A stretch of 64,000 nucleotides of DNA from Eledone cirrhosa (taxonomy: Eukaryota), in contig OZ024745.1 of assembly GCA_964016885.1 (NCBI GenBank), forward strand, positions 17,236,001-17,300,000, read 5' to 3'. This document shows, in pieces, positions 25,267 through 38,308 of this stretch (positions within the stretch are counted from its first letter, which is position 1; each line of letters begins with the position of its first letter). The position numbers and the translations under genes are program-made. The notes beneath the pieces were generated by a model. It searched no databases, was not told where the DNA came from, and was given only the letters and a program-made list of their open reading frames with translations.

Positions 25267-25400
25267 ATTATTTCTGAAGACAGCATATATATGTGTAGGT
25301 ATGTATATTCCTTCTGATAGTTTGTAAAAATTTTACATAGATCTATATGATATGCATACCAACACTAACATATATATCCTAGAAACGATCGTAAAATGAT
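25267..25400 (+). ncRNA. type I hammerhead ribozyme, family C (long stem II)
   Basis: ATTATTT-CTGAAGA-~100 nt stem II (ATATATATGT/ACATATATAT)-GAAA-CGATCG-TA-AAATGAT. Confidence 0.7.
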
Positions 25401-25451
25401 GAATTTTTTAATATAAGGAACTGTTTCTTTGTTTATTCATTATTTTTATTA

Positions 25452-25511
<60 letters not shown>

Positions 25512-25516
<5 letters not shown>

Positions 25517-25600
25517 GAAATGGAACGGGAACAAAACAGAGAGGCCGTACAAACAAAGGTTTATTAGTTTCACGCTCTTGAGAGTGTGTGTGGGGGGGGG
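25512..25600 (-). mobile_element. 3' tip of the C-rich Neptune-type PLE family
   Basis: Diverged reverse complement of 61640-61716, abutting (TA)n. Confidence 0.7.
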
Positions 25601-26429
25601 GGGGGGTATATATAATTATATAATTATATAGTTGGTGTTGGATGCTTAAATCGTCCGTATGCGGTAGGCCGTATGACCACTCGATGCCCTCATAGAGCAG
25701 AGAAACACTTGTAAATGTCCAATAAATTCCTTTCGTCGCAACACAGATTCTCTTTTTTGTGTGATATATAATTATATATATATATATAATTTGTCATAGG
25801 AACATTACGCTCCAATTAGAGTCACATGTGCAACGCTGTTCAATCTTCTCCGTATCAACATGCTCATATGCCCAGCGTTTTAGATTATATTCCATATTCA
25901 AGAACCTGCGTTGAATATCTTAACATTTGGTATATTCTAAAATACATGCAACACTCAAATTAAGATATAAAACTGAAGATCCACTAAAATATGAAGTATA
26001 AGTGTGAATATGTTGAGTTTCTAACTCAATGCATGATATTCTCGGCTCCTTGCGTAGAGCTTAATTTAGTCTCATAAACCCCGCTGCTATTTTTGGTGGC
26101 GTGAGTATGAGACGCGCTAGGCGCTGCAATATGTACTTTTATATCTGCATATCGTTCAATCTTTTTAGATCCATTGAAGTGAAAGATACGAATTTCTGGA
26201 TACCTACTGAAGAGCACAGAAATGGTGGCTTTCACCTAATTCTTGCGCAACAGATTTAGGTCTGTCTGGGTATCAAAGGCTGTTGCCCGATATTGGTTTG
26301 TTATTTTTATTGATTTATTACTTTAAATCGAGTCAGGCAAACCATATTATTTTAAGTTGGTATCTTTTCAACCTAGCTAACTTGGTCTTTTGCAATTGCA
26401 ACACATGTGTTCATATCTCTCATATATTC

Positions 26430-26539
<110 letters not shown>

Positions 26540-28354
26540 TAAATTACGAGCAGAATATCTTTATATTGCATGTCTCTGAAATCCGTATATTATATTTGAG
26601 ATATCATCAAGATCTATCGAATATCCAGGATATTTGTCAGGACTAATTTGTTTATATCCAGTTATATTTGTATATTTATTTGCCAACTTTGCTAATATTC
26701 CAGCAGTTATTTTTGTAAGATAGAATATTCGTAAACGTTTGGGAAAATAGGAATTACTTTCAAACTGTAAAGCGAATTTAGCTTTGAATTTGAGAGTTTC
26801 ATTAATTGAAATTGAATTAGTAATTCATTTCTACTGGGGAATTAAATTTCTAAGATATTTGCATTGAAATGAACTGACATCTCTTTGGTGGATTGCAATC
26901 GTGTTTTCAGTCCTATATTCTGCTAATAGAATACATGACTGATGGAAATCAATCTCCCTCGTAATTATGTGGTTCCAAATAATCAAGCTCCTATTGCGCT
27001 TGTACCAACGTAATACATATGGTTAGTAATCCTCAAATATGCCTTCCGAGTGAACGTACAACAACTTACGAGAGAACATTATGTTATGTTTTACAATTGT
27101 TCTACCTGTCCTTACAGATAAATTATCTTCATGACTTGCTAATAAATTACTCGCTGAAAAATGTAATTCGGTGTTGAAAGCAATTTCAGAATTTTCACTT
27201 CAGAAGCATTAATATGTTTTCTAATAATCAGTTGGTTATTGTTAACTAAAGGAATATTAATATTAATACGATAGAATACAAAACTCTTGTTTCATTACCT
27301 GTATAAGGGAAAAGGTACAAATTAAAAAAAAAATGTTCTCACTCACAAAAAGCAGTATGTTTAGAGGCTGTGACTATGAAAGATGTAGAATCATCAAATA
27401 ATGTGATCCGGACATTGAAGCGATCATCACGAAAATTTACGCTACATCTTTCAATTCCTTTACAATCATATTTTACCCTCATTTTTACTACAATTAAATA
27501 TCAGGATATTCGGAAATATCTTAAAACATGTCGTATTATATATTTAATGTTTTATTAATTTAGCAACTACCTTCAAATTCTCGAGTCACTGTCGTCTCAC
27601 ATTCTCTTTAACCATTATATTACCATTGAATATTCTACAATATATATACGTATATATAACTTGCTAGAATACAATGAATATGTCTCAAAGGATATTTCTG
27701 AAACATTTCACGACGTCAACAAGTAGAATAATATTAGAGCAAGTGGTCTGTTAACTTGTAGGCAAATTCGACACAAGAGTACCTGCAAATAGTAAATTCA
27801 CATTATAAGATTTTTTCCTCTTCATGTCTTCGAGTGATATTCGCCTTGTTTTATTTTGCTATTTCATTTCTATTCATGACAATGTTTCTTGAATCCCATA
27901 AAACAGAAACAATGCTTGTTGCAAATACCGACTACTGAAAGAAACATGCTGGTTATAGCAGATGAACCGTAAGTCATGTCGATGAATATATTCTATAAAA
28001 ATAATTTAGTCCAATTCCATTGAAGTGCAGTTACAGTTATTTGCATAATATCAACACATATTCTAATCCAACATATGCATATAATTATTTATAAGAAACC
28101 TCAGTGTTATTTACTGTTGTCCATCATCAATTACCAAATAAAACGTTTCATCTCCACACAAAGGCACGTAACATACATTTAACTATTCCCAAACAACCAC
28201 ATGAAATGATCGATTTTAGTAATATTTCTTCAGGAAGAATTTAGATCTGTTTCATCCTATAAATATACGCAGACAATCACAGCTCCAGATGGACAGACAC
28301 ACAGATACATAGCAAAGTTGAATAAATAATAAATGATTGAATGTATCAGAATAC

Positions 28355-28410
<56 letters not shown>

Positions 28411-29163
28411 ACACACTTTATATATAATATATATATATAAATAAACACACTCACTCACACGCACGCACACACACAGCCATAGACATATATATTTACTTCA
28501 ATAAATTAATAAGTAATTACACAGAAATAGCAGAACGTTAAAAGAAAATGGGATATTGAGTGATGAATATCACAAAAAATAATTATGCCCAATGAAAATA
28601 TCACTTACGGTTTAAAAGTAAATCAACATTACAGCATTTCTGTGGTTTTAGTAATTAATCAAAATATCGCATGATATCAATACTTGCAATGATATCCTTT
28701 GAAATAAAGCAGCTCATTTTATTCTTGCTTCTAGCGTATAGAGACAGAAGCGGTGAAGAAATCACTGATTCCATAATGTATTGTCATATCTTTAATTTAC
28801 GAACCGCTGTTTCTAATATTAAAGGATATGCTGAAATAAATCATTTATAAATCAGAAATGGAATCCGTAATTGATCAATAGAAATTTTGTGTGAGTGGGT
28901 TTGATACAATGAAAACAGAGATTAAGAGGGAAACAGAGAGAAAGAAAGAAAAACAGAGAGAGAAGTGTGTGAGAAAGAGCATAATATTCAGTAATTGGTA
29001 TGAAGACAGCAGCTAGAATCGTACACCTGTTACTGGGCTAAAAGGAGCCGGTATTCATAATCATTTCCATTATGCTCAATAATGAGAACACATCTAGAAA
29101 AAATGTTAAATCACACATTGTCTAAACAAAATGCACGATGAACTGGATAACTGCAAAAAAAAG

Positions 29164-29219
<56 letters not shown>

Positions 29220-29253
29220 GGATTTAAATGGATACAGTTTAGTTAAAAGGAAT

Positions 29254-29374
29254 TTATTGACACGTGTTTCTATAACAGTTACATAACCTGAAAACAGCTG
29301 CTATCTACAAAGTATTAGTTATGCAGACATTCAATATTTCAATGTTATTATCAACTGTCATTTCATCGGAATAA
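29254..29374 (-). ncRNA. type I hammerhead ribozyme, family D (inverted copy)
   Basis: Reverse complement of 35615-35735. Confidence 0.72.
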
Positions 29375-29894
29375 TTCTACTGCGGACCTGTTTGGTTTTT
29401 ATAGAGAATATTAGGAGGGAGGGGTGGTGAAGTTGTTAGAAGAATAGTTGAGGGAGTGGTTTTTTGATAGCAGTGAGAATTTTTGGTGGCAGTGAGTAAT
29501 TAGATTCCCATCTGTTGTTTTGACATTTTTATAGAATTTATTATTGGTTATTTTTCTAAATCTATAGAAGGATTAGAGATAGTATAGATATGCGTGATTG
29601 GTTTTGTGTTTGCACTTAATTAACATTCGGACTTAAATTTTTCTTTCAAGTGTACGTATCCTTTCGCCCACGCATTCACACGCAAACATATATGCACACC
29701 TCTACAAAATACATATAATCACATACACATACTTACATGCTCATACTTACATACATATACACATGCATACATATATATATATATACATATATACATGTAC
29801 ATACATACACACTCGTGTGTATACATTTTCATACTCAACTTATCTTTATATACACACGTATAGACACACACATATATACATACATACTCCAGTC

Positions 29895-29935
<41 letters not shown>

Positions 29936-29976
29936 GATATTAAATAAATGGAAACTATATTTATAAAACCATATTT

Positions 29977-30040
29977 ATTTCATTATATATATTTCAGGGA
30001 TATCATATTAACAATATGTTATGCCTTCCTCAGACAAAAT
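29977..30040 (-). ncRNA. minimal type I hammerhead ribozyme, family E, in a short PLE 3' fragment (29933-30078)
   Basis: Reverse complement reads ATTTTGT-CTGAGGA-AGGCATAACATATT..AATATGATATCCCT-GAAA-TATATA-TA-ATGAAAT. Confidence 0.72.
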
Positions 30041-30077
30041 ACAATATAGACAGTTTTATAGATAAATAGATTTGACA

Positions 30078-30151
<74 letters not shown>

Positions 30152-31956
30152 CACACTTTAATACATGAATACACTTACATCTAACTATACACATCAAACA
30201 TATATATATATTTACTTATTTATATACATTTTCACATATATATACATACTTATGGTCGCTTTTAGACACATTCATTATAGCATATTTGCACCTATTCTCA
30301 TCAGCATATCTTTCCATTATTAGTGTGGTAATTTAAGGTTATTAATATACATATATATGTTGAGAAGAGATTGTTTTTATATTTTTCTAACTAGATTGAG
30401 GTTTATATAGTTGGGGGGATGTCCCTCTTTTATGTAATATTCAGCTTGTAGTGGGAAAAAAGGGTTTTAGTTCGGTGACGGCAGAGTAATGTTCGTTCAA
30501 TTCTGTTATTCAGCAATTTCCTCTTGTGTGTGATTATGTAATAAATCTCAAGATTACACAATTTGCAGGAATTTTGGCTCCTGGAAAAGCTTGGGGTTTT
30601 AGCTAATTTCTACGATAACGCCCTTAGTAAAGCAGGCTACATCAACAAAATAGAGTATATAGATAAGAACAATCAAAACACCCAAAATAAATCCCACATA
30701 GGTAGATATAATAACACAACACCAAACCACACTTACTACCATAGTATACACACCAGTAAACCAACAAACAAAACTAATAGAAAGCGATGCAAAGAGTACT
30801 TATGGTATAACCCTGAATACAATAGTTCCATTAATACAAATTTACCAGTACTCTTCTTTAAAATAATTAAGAGACATTTTCCTACATCACACAAATACCA
30901 CAAAATCCTTAACCCTACCACTATAAGAGTGTCATACTCTACAGCGTTAAACCTTGAACAACACATAAAAAAGATCAATACTAGAAGGTTAAACGAAAAC
31001 ACTAAAAACTTAAGTACAAAGAACACAAAAAAACAGTAGACAATACACTACAGAACATAAATAAACCACACCCAAGTTCGTCCGCAATACTACTCCAGAG
31101 AAAACCCAACGTACACAACTGTAACTGCACCTATCCTGACAACTGCCCCCTCGGCAATAACTGCCTGGAAAACAATATTATTTATAAGTGTACCATTAAA
31201 TCCGGAGGCAACGAGTGGTATTACGTGGGATCAACGGCAACATCGTTTAAATCTCGATTATATAGGCATTCTTACTCAATAAAACACCAGAGCCAAAGAA
31301 ATGTAACAACATTAGCAGAAAAAGCTTGGACGCTCAGGGATAGCGATCAAAAGTTTACCCTAAAATGGGAGAAATTAGCTAAAACCCCAAGCTTTTCCAG
31401 GAGCCAAAATTTCGGCAAATTGTGTAATCTTGAGATTTATTACATAATCACACACAAGAGGAAATTGCTGAATAACAGAATTTAACGAACATTATTCTGC
31501 CGTCACCGAACTAAAACCCTTTTTTCCGACTACAAGCTGAATATTACATAAAAGAGGGACATCCCCCAACTATATAAACCTCAATCTAGTTAGAAAAATA
31601 TAAAAACAATCTCTTCTTAACATATATATGTATATTAATAACCTTAAATTACCACACTAATAATGGAAAGATATGCTGATGAGATTAGGTGCAAATATGC
31701 TATAATGAATATGTCTAAAAGCGACCATAAGTATGTATATATATGTGAAAATGTATATAAATAAGTAAATATATATATATGTTTGATGTGTATAATTAGA
31801 TGTAAGTGTATTCATGTATTAAAGTGTTTATATATATATATATATATATATAGAGAAAATTGAGGTTGGTAATGGCACATGGAATATATAAGAGACAGAA
31901 TACTTTTTTGTGAAAAAACATAATTTTATAAGGTAAGGAAATAATAAAGGGTATAA

Positions 31957-32004
31957 AAAATGACCGGTTTCGATGGGTCTGCAAAAGCCATCTTTTCAAA
32001 TGTT
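31957..32004 (-). ncRNA. minimal type I hammerhead ribozyme, family B (inverted copy)
   Basis: Reverse complement of 34831-34878. Confidence 0.75.
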
Positions 32005-32118
32005 GATTAATATTAAGAAAAATTAATAATACGAAGAGTTAAAATTTGAGACTTGAAAATTCAAGTATAAAATTCATTGTGGGATTTCATAGCAGTTTTC
32101 ATCTAGGTAGCAACAACA

Positions 32119-33722
32119 CCTCAACCAACAATTACATTGAACTAACACCACCAGAAGACCTAAAACTCAGGCCAATTATAGCAGGCCCTACATGTGAAAC
32201 CCACAGACTTAGCAACTTTCTGGACATCCTACTGAAACCCTTTCTACAACATATACAGAGCTACATACGAGATGACCTTGACATGCTGAAACACCTCCCT
32301 AAAACAGTAAGTGCAAATACAATTCTTGTCTCCTTTGACGTAATAAACCTCTACACAAACATACCTCACAACTATGGAATAACAGCAGTCCAATACTGGC
32401 TTAACACACACCCATCAGAAATACCGACACGCATCAACACAGATTTTATCACTGACGGACTCCGCTTTATCCTACAAAATAACTACTTCACATTCAATGG
32501 TTCAACATACAGACAAGTATCAGGTACGGCAATGGGCACGAAAGTAGCACCCACATATGCCAACCTAGTCATGGGATTCCATGAACAACAAATATACAGT
32601 CAGTCCCTTCTCTTATTTGGAGACTCTTTCCACACACACCTCAAAGCCAATTGGAAAAGATATCTAGACGACTGCTTTATCCTATGGCAAGAAGACATGA
32701 ACTCACTTACTACGTTTAAAAACATGATAAACAACATAGATAATAACATACAATTCACAATGGAATCCAATCCTAAGGAATTAGCCTTCTTGGATATTCT
32801 CATCTCTGTAATAGACGGGAAATTAGATACAGATATATTCTATAAACCCACAGATTCCAAGCAATACCTCTTTTTCACATCAAGTCACCCAAAACATACA
32901 AAACTTAACATTCCTTACAATTTGGCCAAACGTATATGTACCATAGTATCAGATCCACCTAAACGGGAGCAAAGACTAAAGGAACTAAAAGACACCCTTA
33001 TCTTAAGAGCCTTTCCACTTGAAATAATCAACAATGGAATAGACAGGGCAAAACACCTAAATCCCCATCAACTTAACAATCCAAAACAGAAAACCACACT
33101 CAACACCCTGCCATATGTATCCACTTTCAACCCCAGAAATACCGAAATGTTTGATCACCTACACAAAAACCTCCCCATCCTACTTAAAGATGTAAAAATG
33201 AAGTCTATTCTTGAAACACACAAGATCCTTAAAAGTAAAAGACAACCCAAATCACTTAAACGCATTCTCACTGGACCAAATATACCCAAACCAATCCTCA
33301 ACCCTACAGTTACCAAATGTGGTAGAACAAACTGTGGAACGTGCCTCTACCTCACTGAAGGACAAACATTTACATTCAAAGATGGCCAAACATTTACAGT
33401 AAAAAACAATTTCACCTGCAACTCGGAGAACTTGATTTACGCAATAACTTGCGGTGGGTGCAAACACAACTACATAGGACAGACGGGCACCTCATTACGC
33501 AAAAGAATGACCATCCACCGCCAACAAATCCGGGACGCTAACACAAGAAAAATCCCCTTGAGCAGCCATATTGCGAACTGCGCAGGAATGACACTACCCA
33601 ACTTTAAAATCTTCCCCTTCTACAAGTGCTCAGATTCGTTCACACAACAACAAAGAATAAACAAAGAAAATCTATTCCTTAACAAATTTAAACCAAAACT
33701 AAACGGGTTATCACCCCAATAG
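32119..33722 (+). CDS. Neptune-type PLE RT plus GIY-YIG endonuclease, uninterrupted but 5'-truncated
   Basis: LRPIIA, SFDVINLYTNIP, GTAMGTKVAPTYANL, WKRYLDDCF, FLDI, YKPTD, CGRTNCGTC linker, LIYAITC..YIGQTG..R...H. No stops over ~534 codons. Confidence 0.93.
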
Positions 33723-33949
33723 AATTGTCATAAAATATAAACACACATACGCACGGAATCACTACTATTAAAGACCAGAGACCAATTCTGTAGAATCAGG
33801 TTTATTCATTGACAGACCATGCCTTTGTGTGACCAACACATCCATGTTAAACCCTGCACGTGCACACACGTATATCTATATATATATGCGCACACAGAAT
33901 TATTTTAATTTCACTGCCCCAACTTCTTATATTATGGAAAAAATATATG

Positions 33950-34268
33950 TGTCTGTATGTATATATATATATATATATTTGAAGGCCATTTCTCTGTGTG
34001 TGGGTGTATGTATGTGTGTGTGTGTGTGTGTGTGAGTATGTGTGTGCATGTGGATGTATGTATTGTGTGTGCGTGTGTGTGTGTGTGTGTGTATGTATGT
34101 GGGTATCTGGATGTATGCGTATGTGTATATATATATATATATGCATGTGTGTGTGTGTGTGTGTGTATATATATGTGTGTGTATGTGTGTATATATATGT
34201 GTGTGTGTGTGTATGTTTGTATGTGTGTATGTATATATATATATGTGTGTGTGTATGTATGTGTGGGG

Positions 34269-34364
<96 letters not shown>

Positions 34365-34396
34365 GTGTATCTGGATGTATGTGTATGTATATATAG

Positions 34397-34456
<60 letters not shown>

Positions 34457-34517
34457 ATGTGTATATATGTGTGTGTGTGTGTGTATGTATATGTATGTGT
34501 GTGTGTATGTATGTGTG

Positions 34518-34556
<39 letters not shown>

Positions 34557-34600
34557 GTATGTGTATGTATGTGTGGATGAAGGTATATGTGTGTGTATAT
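33950..34600. repeat. compound (TA)n/(TG)n microsatellite inside the PLE 3' UTR
   Basis: Directly visible between the ORF stop and the pLTR arm. Confidence 0.95.
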
Positions 34601-34830
34601 TGCTTCCACCCCCTCACTGACCAGCAGCTGGCTATTGCTAAATCTGACCTTTATAAAATAACCCACACCCCAAATAACTTCTCATTCACTACCAGAAAGG
34701 GACACAGCAGTCAACCTGTTGTTGCTACCTAGATGAAAACTGCTATGAAATCCCACAATGAATTTTATACTTGAATTTTCAAGTCTCAAATTTTAACTCT
34801 TCGTATTATTAATTTTTCTTAATATTAATC

Positions 34831-34878
34831 AACATTTGAAAAGATGGCTTTTGCAGACCCATCGAAACCGGTCATTTT
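34831..34878 (+). ncRNA. minimal type I hammerhead ribozyme, family B (U3-A8 core)
   Basis: AACAT-TTGAAAA-GATGG/CCATC-GAAA-CCGG-TC-ATTTT, with a palindromic stem III. Confidence 0.78.
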
Positions 34879-35014
34879 TTATACCCTTTATTATTTCCTT
34901 ACCTTATAAAATTATGTTTTTTCACAAAAAAGTATTCTGTCTCTTATATATTCCATGTGCCATTACCAACCTCAATTTTCTCTATAACCTTCGTTTTGTG
35001 TAGAAAATTACACT

Positions 35015-35093
<79 letters not shown>

Positions 35094-35614
35094 TAGACTG
35101 GAGTATGTATGTATATATGTGTGTGTCTATACGTGTGTATATAAATATAAGTTGAGTATGAAAATGTATACACACGAGCGCGTATGTATGTACATGTATA
35201 TATGTATATATATATATATATGTATGCATGTGTATATGTATGTAAGTATGAGCATGTAAGTATGTGTATGTGAGTATATGTATTTTGTAGAGGTGTGCAT
35301 ATATGTTTGTGTGTGAATGCGTTGGCGAAAGGATACGTACACTTGAAAGAAAAATTTAAGTCCGAATGTTAATTAAGTGCAAACACAAAACCAACCACGC
35401 ATATCTATACTATCTCTAATCCTTCTATAGATTAGAAAAATAACCAATAATAAATTCTATAAAAATGTCAAAACAACAGATGGGAATCTAATTACTCACT
35501 GCCACCAAAAATTCTCACTGCTATCAAAAAAACCACTCCCTCAACTATTCTTCTAACAACTTCACCCCTCCATCCTAATATTCTCTATAAAAACCAAACA
35601 GGTCCGCAGTAAAA

Positions 35615-35735
35615 TTATTCCGATGAAATGGCAGTTGATAATAACATTGAAATATTGAATGTCTGCATAACTAATACTTTGTAGATAGCAGCTGTTTTCA
35701 GGTTATGTAACTGTTATAGAAACACGTGTCAATAA
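35615..35735 (+). ncRNA. type I hammerhead ribozyme, family D (CCGATGA core, long stem II)
   Basis: TTATT-CCGATGA-AATGGCAGTT...AACTGTTATA-GAAA-CACGTG-TC-AATAA. Confidence 0.75.
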
Positions 35736-35882
35736 ATTCCTTTTAACTAAACTGTATCCATTTAAATCCTTCTATTTTTCTCCGGATTACTTTTGGAACT
35801 ACAACTGGAACCGTCGAGCAAACTCTACGTGAGCTGTCCATCTACTGTGTGTAATATTTATATTACAACACTACGGAAAATA

Positions 35883-35932
<50 letters not shown>

Positions 35933-36055
35933 AGGGAGTTTAACTTGGAATTACTTTAGGTTCACCCGGGTGAGCACTCGATGTTTAGGTGCACTTCAGT
36001 GTCGAGGTGAAGAGCTAGACAGAGTGTATTATAGTGAAATAAGATAACAAGGACG

Positions 36056-36268
36056 ATTGGTTACTCCTTCATTACATTTATTGGTTGGTGACGCGCGTTT
36101 CGCTCTAGCTTCGATCTGTATCGATCTGAGCCGACTCTGTAATCCGCGGCTCGTCAGAACCCTTGTAATGTTAATGAAAATATACAGATCGATACAGATC
36201 GAACCGTGGGCTGATCAGTGGTGCAACTCGCGTCACAAACCAATAAATGTAATGAAGGAGTAACCAAT
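36056..36268. repeat. imperfect inverted repeat, PLE relic with degenerate HHR half (GAAA-CGCGCG-TC on minus)
   Basis: ATTGGTTACTCCTTCATTACATTTATTGGTT pairs with AACCAATAAATGTAATGAAGGAGTAACCAAT. Inner TCGATCTGTATCGATCTG pairs with CAGATCGATACAGATCGA. Confidence 0.65.
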
Positions 36269-36885
36269 GTCACTTACCTCAATTTTCAGCACCGTATGCT
36301 TTTAATTAAGAATACAGTGTATTGCAAAATACACTATATATAAATTCATATATATATCGCTATTTCAGAGCACCAATTCTAATTTTCAATTTCTGCTGGA
36401 TCGGCAACCTCTCTGTATAATCAGTTCCTGATTATTACTAGAATTCTATAAGAATCGAGCATTCATCATTTTAAGCAAAAGTGGTGAGCTTTCATGAGTA
36501 CCAACAAGTACGCGACAGAGCTCTGTCAGCTTGTTTGCTGAAAATTGAAGTAAGTGATATTTATTAAAATAACAGATTAAAGTTTAAACAAAGAATGGCC
36601 GCTTTCGGGATCTTCTGAATCTAAAATCTGTGAACGCAGAAGTAAATATTTCGAAAGATGTTGCAGCCGATGGAAAACAGAAAGACGATACTTTGATTCG
36701 TGAAGACGTTCCCTGGCAATGAACGGATAAAAGCGAATATAATACGTCGTTATGTGGAGTAATGAGAACAATTATATGTTTTTTATTATTATTGATTTTA
36801 ATAACCTGTAATTTTCGTTCTACTAATTTATTCACATTATTCTTAACTCTGAAGCTGAGAATCATTCGGTTTCCTACAAATCTGT

Positions 36886-36949
36886 ATTTTATCTGATGAA
36901 AGCGCACCATAATTTACATTGGTCGCCCTTGAAATATATATAATAAAAT
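36886..36949 (+). ncRNA. minimal type I hammerhead ribozyme, family E, in PLE 3' fragment 36880-37085
   Basis: ATTTTAT-CTGATGA-AAGCGCACCA..TGGTCGCCCTT-GAAA-TATATA-TA-ATAAAAT. Confidence 0.75.
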
Positions 36950-37256
36950 AATTATGGTTTTATAAATATCGTTTCCATTTATTAATATATTGTATATTTA
37001 CTCCACTAACTTGTTGAGTGCTTTATATCAGTTATAAAAATGTTTAAGCTTGTTGAATCCCAACAAATTAAATATAACCGCTGCATATATTTATATATAT
37101 ATATATAATAATATATATGCAGTAGGAAACACAGTAAACCGTGTGTCTAATATTACAAGGGTTGAAAGACCACATTTGTTTGAAATATTTAACCATGAAG
37201 CAGACAGAATGATAAAATAAAATTATATTATACAAACCGCCTCAATAACAATTATA

Positions 37257-37336
37257 TCTCTCGGACAGATTATCCCTAATCTGTTTGGCCCTGAGTGTGT
37301 TTGCAACAGATAATCATGGGCATCATCAGCGAGAGA
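37257..37336 (-). ncRNA. type I hammerhead ribozyme, family F (inverted copy, G12C mutant)
   Basis: Reverse complement of 37600-37679 with CAAA in place of GAAA. Confidence 0.7.
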
Positions 37337-37599
37337 ATCTGATTAAATGCGACAAACACTATGTACCAACGTTCACACAGAAAGATTACTGCATATATAT
37401 ATTATTATTATAATGCTCAGTATTTTATACTTGGAGCTTAATAATTACTGGGTTTCAATAAGAGTTATTAACTCTAATTTTAATTTATATTTCGGCTCCC
37501 TCATGAGGTGAGCTTATTATGTTGCGTGTGTTGGACTGTTGTTTCTAACCAATACACGCTTACCACGTTTGACATAGTGTTTGTCGCATTTAATCAGAT

Positions 37600-37679
37600 T
37601 CTCTCGCTGATGATGCCCATGATTATCTGTTGCAAACACACTCAGGGCGAAACAGATTAGGGATAATCTGTCCGAGAGA
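37600..37679 (+). ncRNA. type I hammerhead ribozyme, family F (canonical core, stable stem III)
   Basis: TCTCTCG-CTGATGA-T-GCCC...GGGC-GAAA-CAGATTA-GGGA-TAATCTG-TC-CGAGAGA. Predicted cleavage after 37672. Confidence 0.9.
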
Positions 37680-37901
37680 TATAATTGTTATTGAGGGGGT
37701 TTGTATAATATAATTTTATTTTATCATTCTGTCTGCTTCATGGTTAAATATTTCAAACAAATGTGGTCTTTCAACCCTTGTAATATTAGACACACGGTTT
37801 ACACTGTTTCTTACTGCATATATATTATTATTATAATGCTCAGTATTTTATACTTGGAGCTTAATAATTACAGGGTTTCAGTAAGAGTTATTAACTCTAA
37901 T

Positions 37902-37939
<38 letters not shown>

Positions 37940-38093
37940 CAAGTAAGTATGTTTTGAAACAGTGAGCAGGTTTGAAATTAGAAATAGAATAGCTTTCACC
38001 GTATTTTTTTTACTAAGGAAATGTTAGTCTGATAATGGGGTTTAGAACCCTCAGATAAATGGAAAAAGATGAGTATTGATGTACATCAATATA

Positions 38094-38246
<153 letters not shown>

Positions 38247-38247
38247 G

Positions 38248-38308
<61 letters not shown>

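Larger units (their letters stand above)
23647..25455 (+). mobile_element. 5'-truncated Naiad-type PLE (GIY-YIG tail 24020-24309) with inverted arm
   Basis: FKVRFNTHKHSF..TTSLA..WSVL..CRLCSQE..LLNKRQELIISCNH. Arms 23776-24030 and 25205-25455. A ~235-bp tandem duplication lies at 24822-25285. (TA)n flanks. Confidence 0.88.
31852..35018 (+). mobile_element. young 5'-truncated Neptune-type PLE with ~267-bp inverted arms and ~34-nt tail
   Basis: Arms 31852-32118 and 34718-34984 are nearly identical. (TA)n flanks. A compound (TA)/(TG) microsatellite lies in the 3' UTR. Confidence 0.93.
29216..35886 (+). mobile_element. 5'-truncated Naiad-type PLE (ORF relic 30605-31540) with long inverted arms interrupted by younger insertions
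   Basis: YDNALSKAGY, WYNPEY, CNC..CPL..C, YYVGST, LCNLE, LLN. Left arm 29216-29935 plus 30147-30605 mirrors right arm 31375-31830 plus 35090-35774. Tail runs to 35886. Confidence 0.85.
37117..37905 (+). mobile_element. non-coding retrozyme-like or mini-PLE element (~425-bp monomer, partial tandem plus inverted arm)
   Basis: Direct repeat 37386-37480 and 37811-37904. Inverted arm 37117-37363 matches 37572-37822. It contains an HHR and has (TA)n flanks. Confidence 0.75.

Noticed and set aside
26080-26296. Plus-strand mini-intron (gtgagt 26101 to tttag 26168) and following exon
   Set aside because: No phase-consistent open frame across the junction.
33829-34732. Long YI/CV/HT-repeat ORFs here and at many other loci
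   Set aside because: Translations of (TA)n, (TG)n and (CA)n microsatellites.
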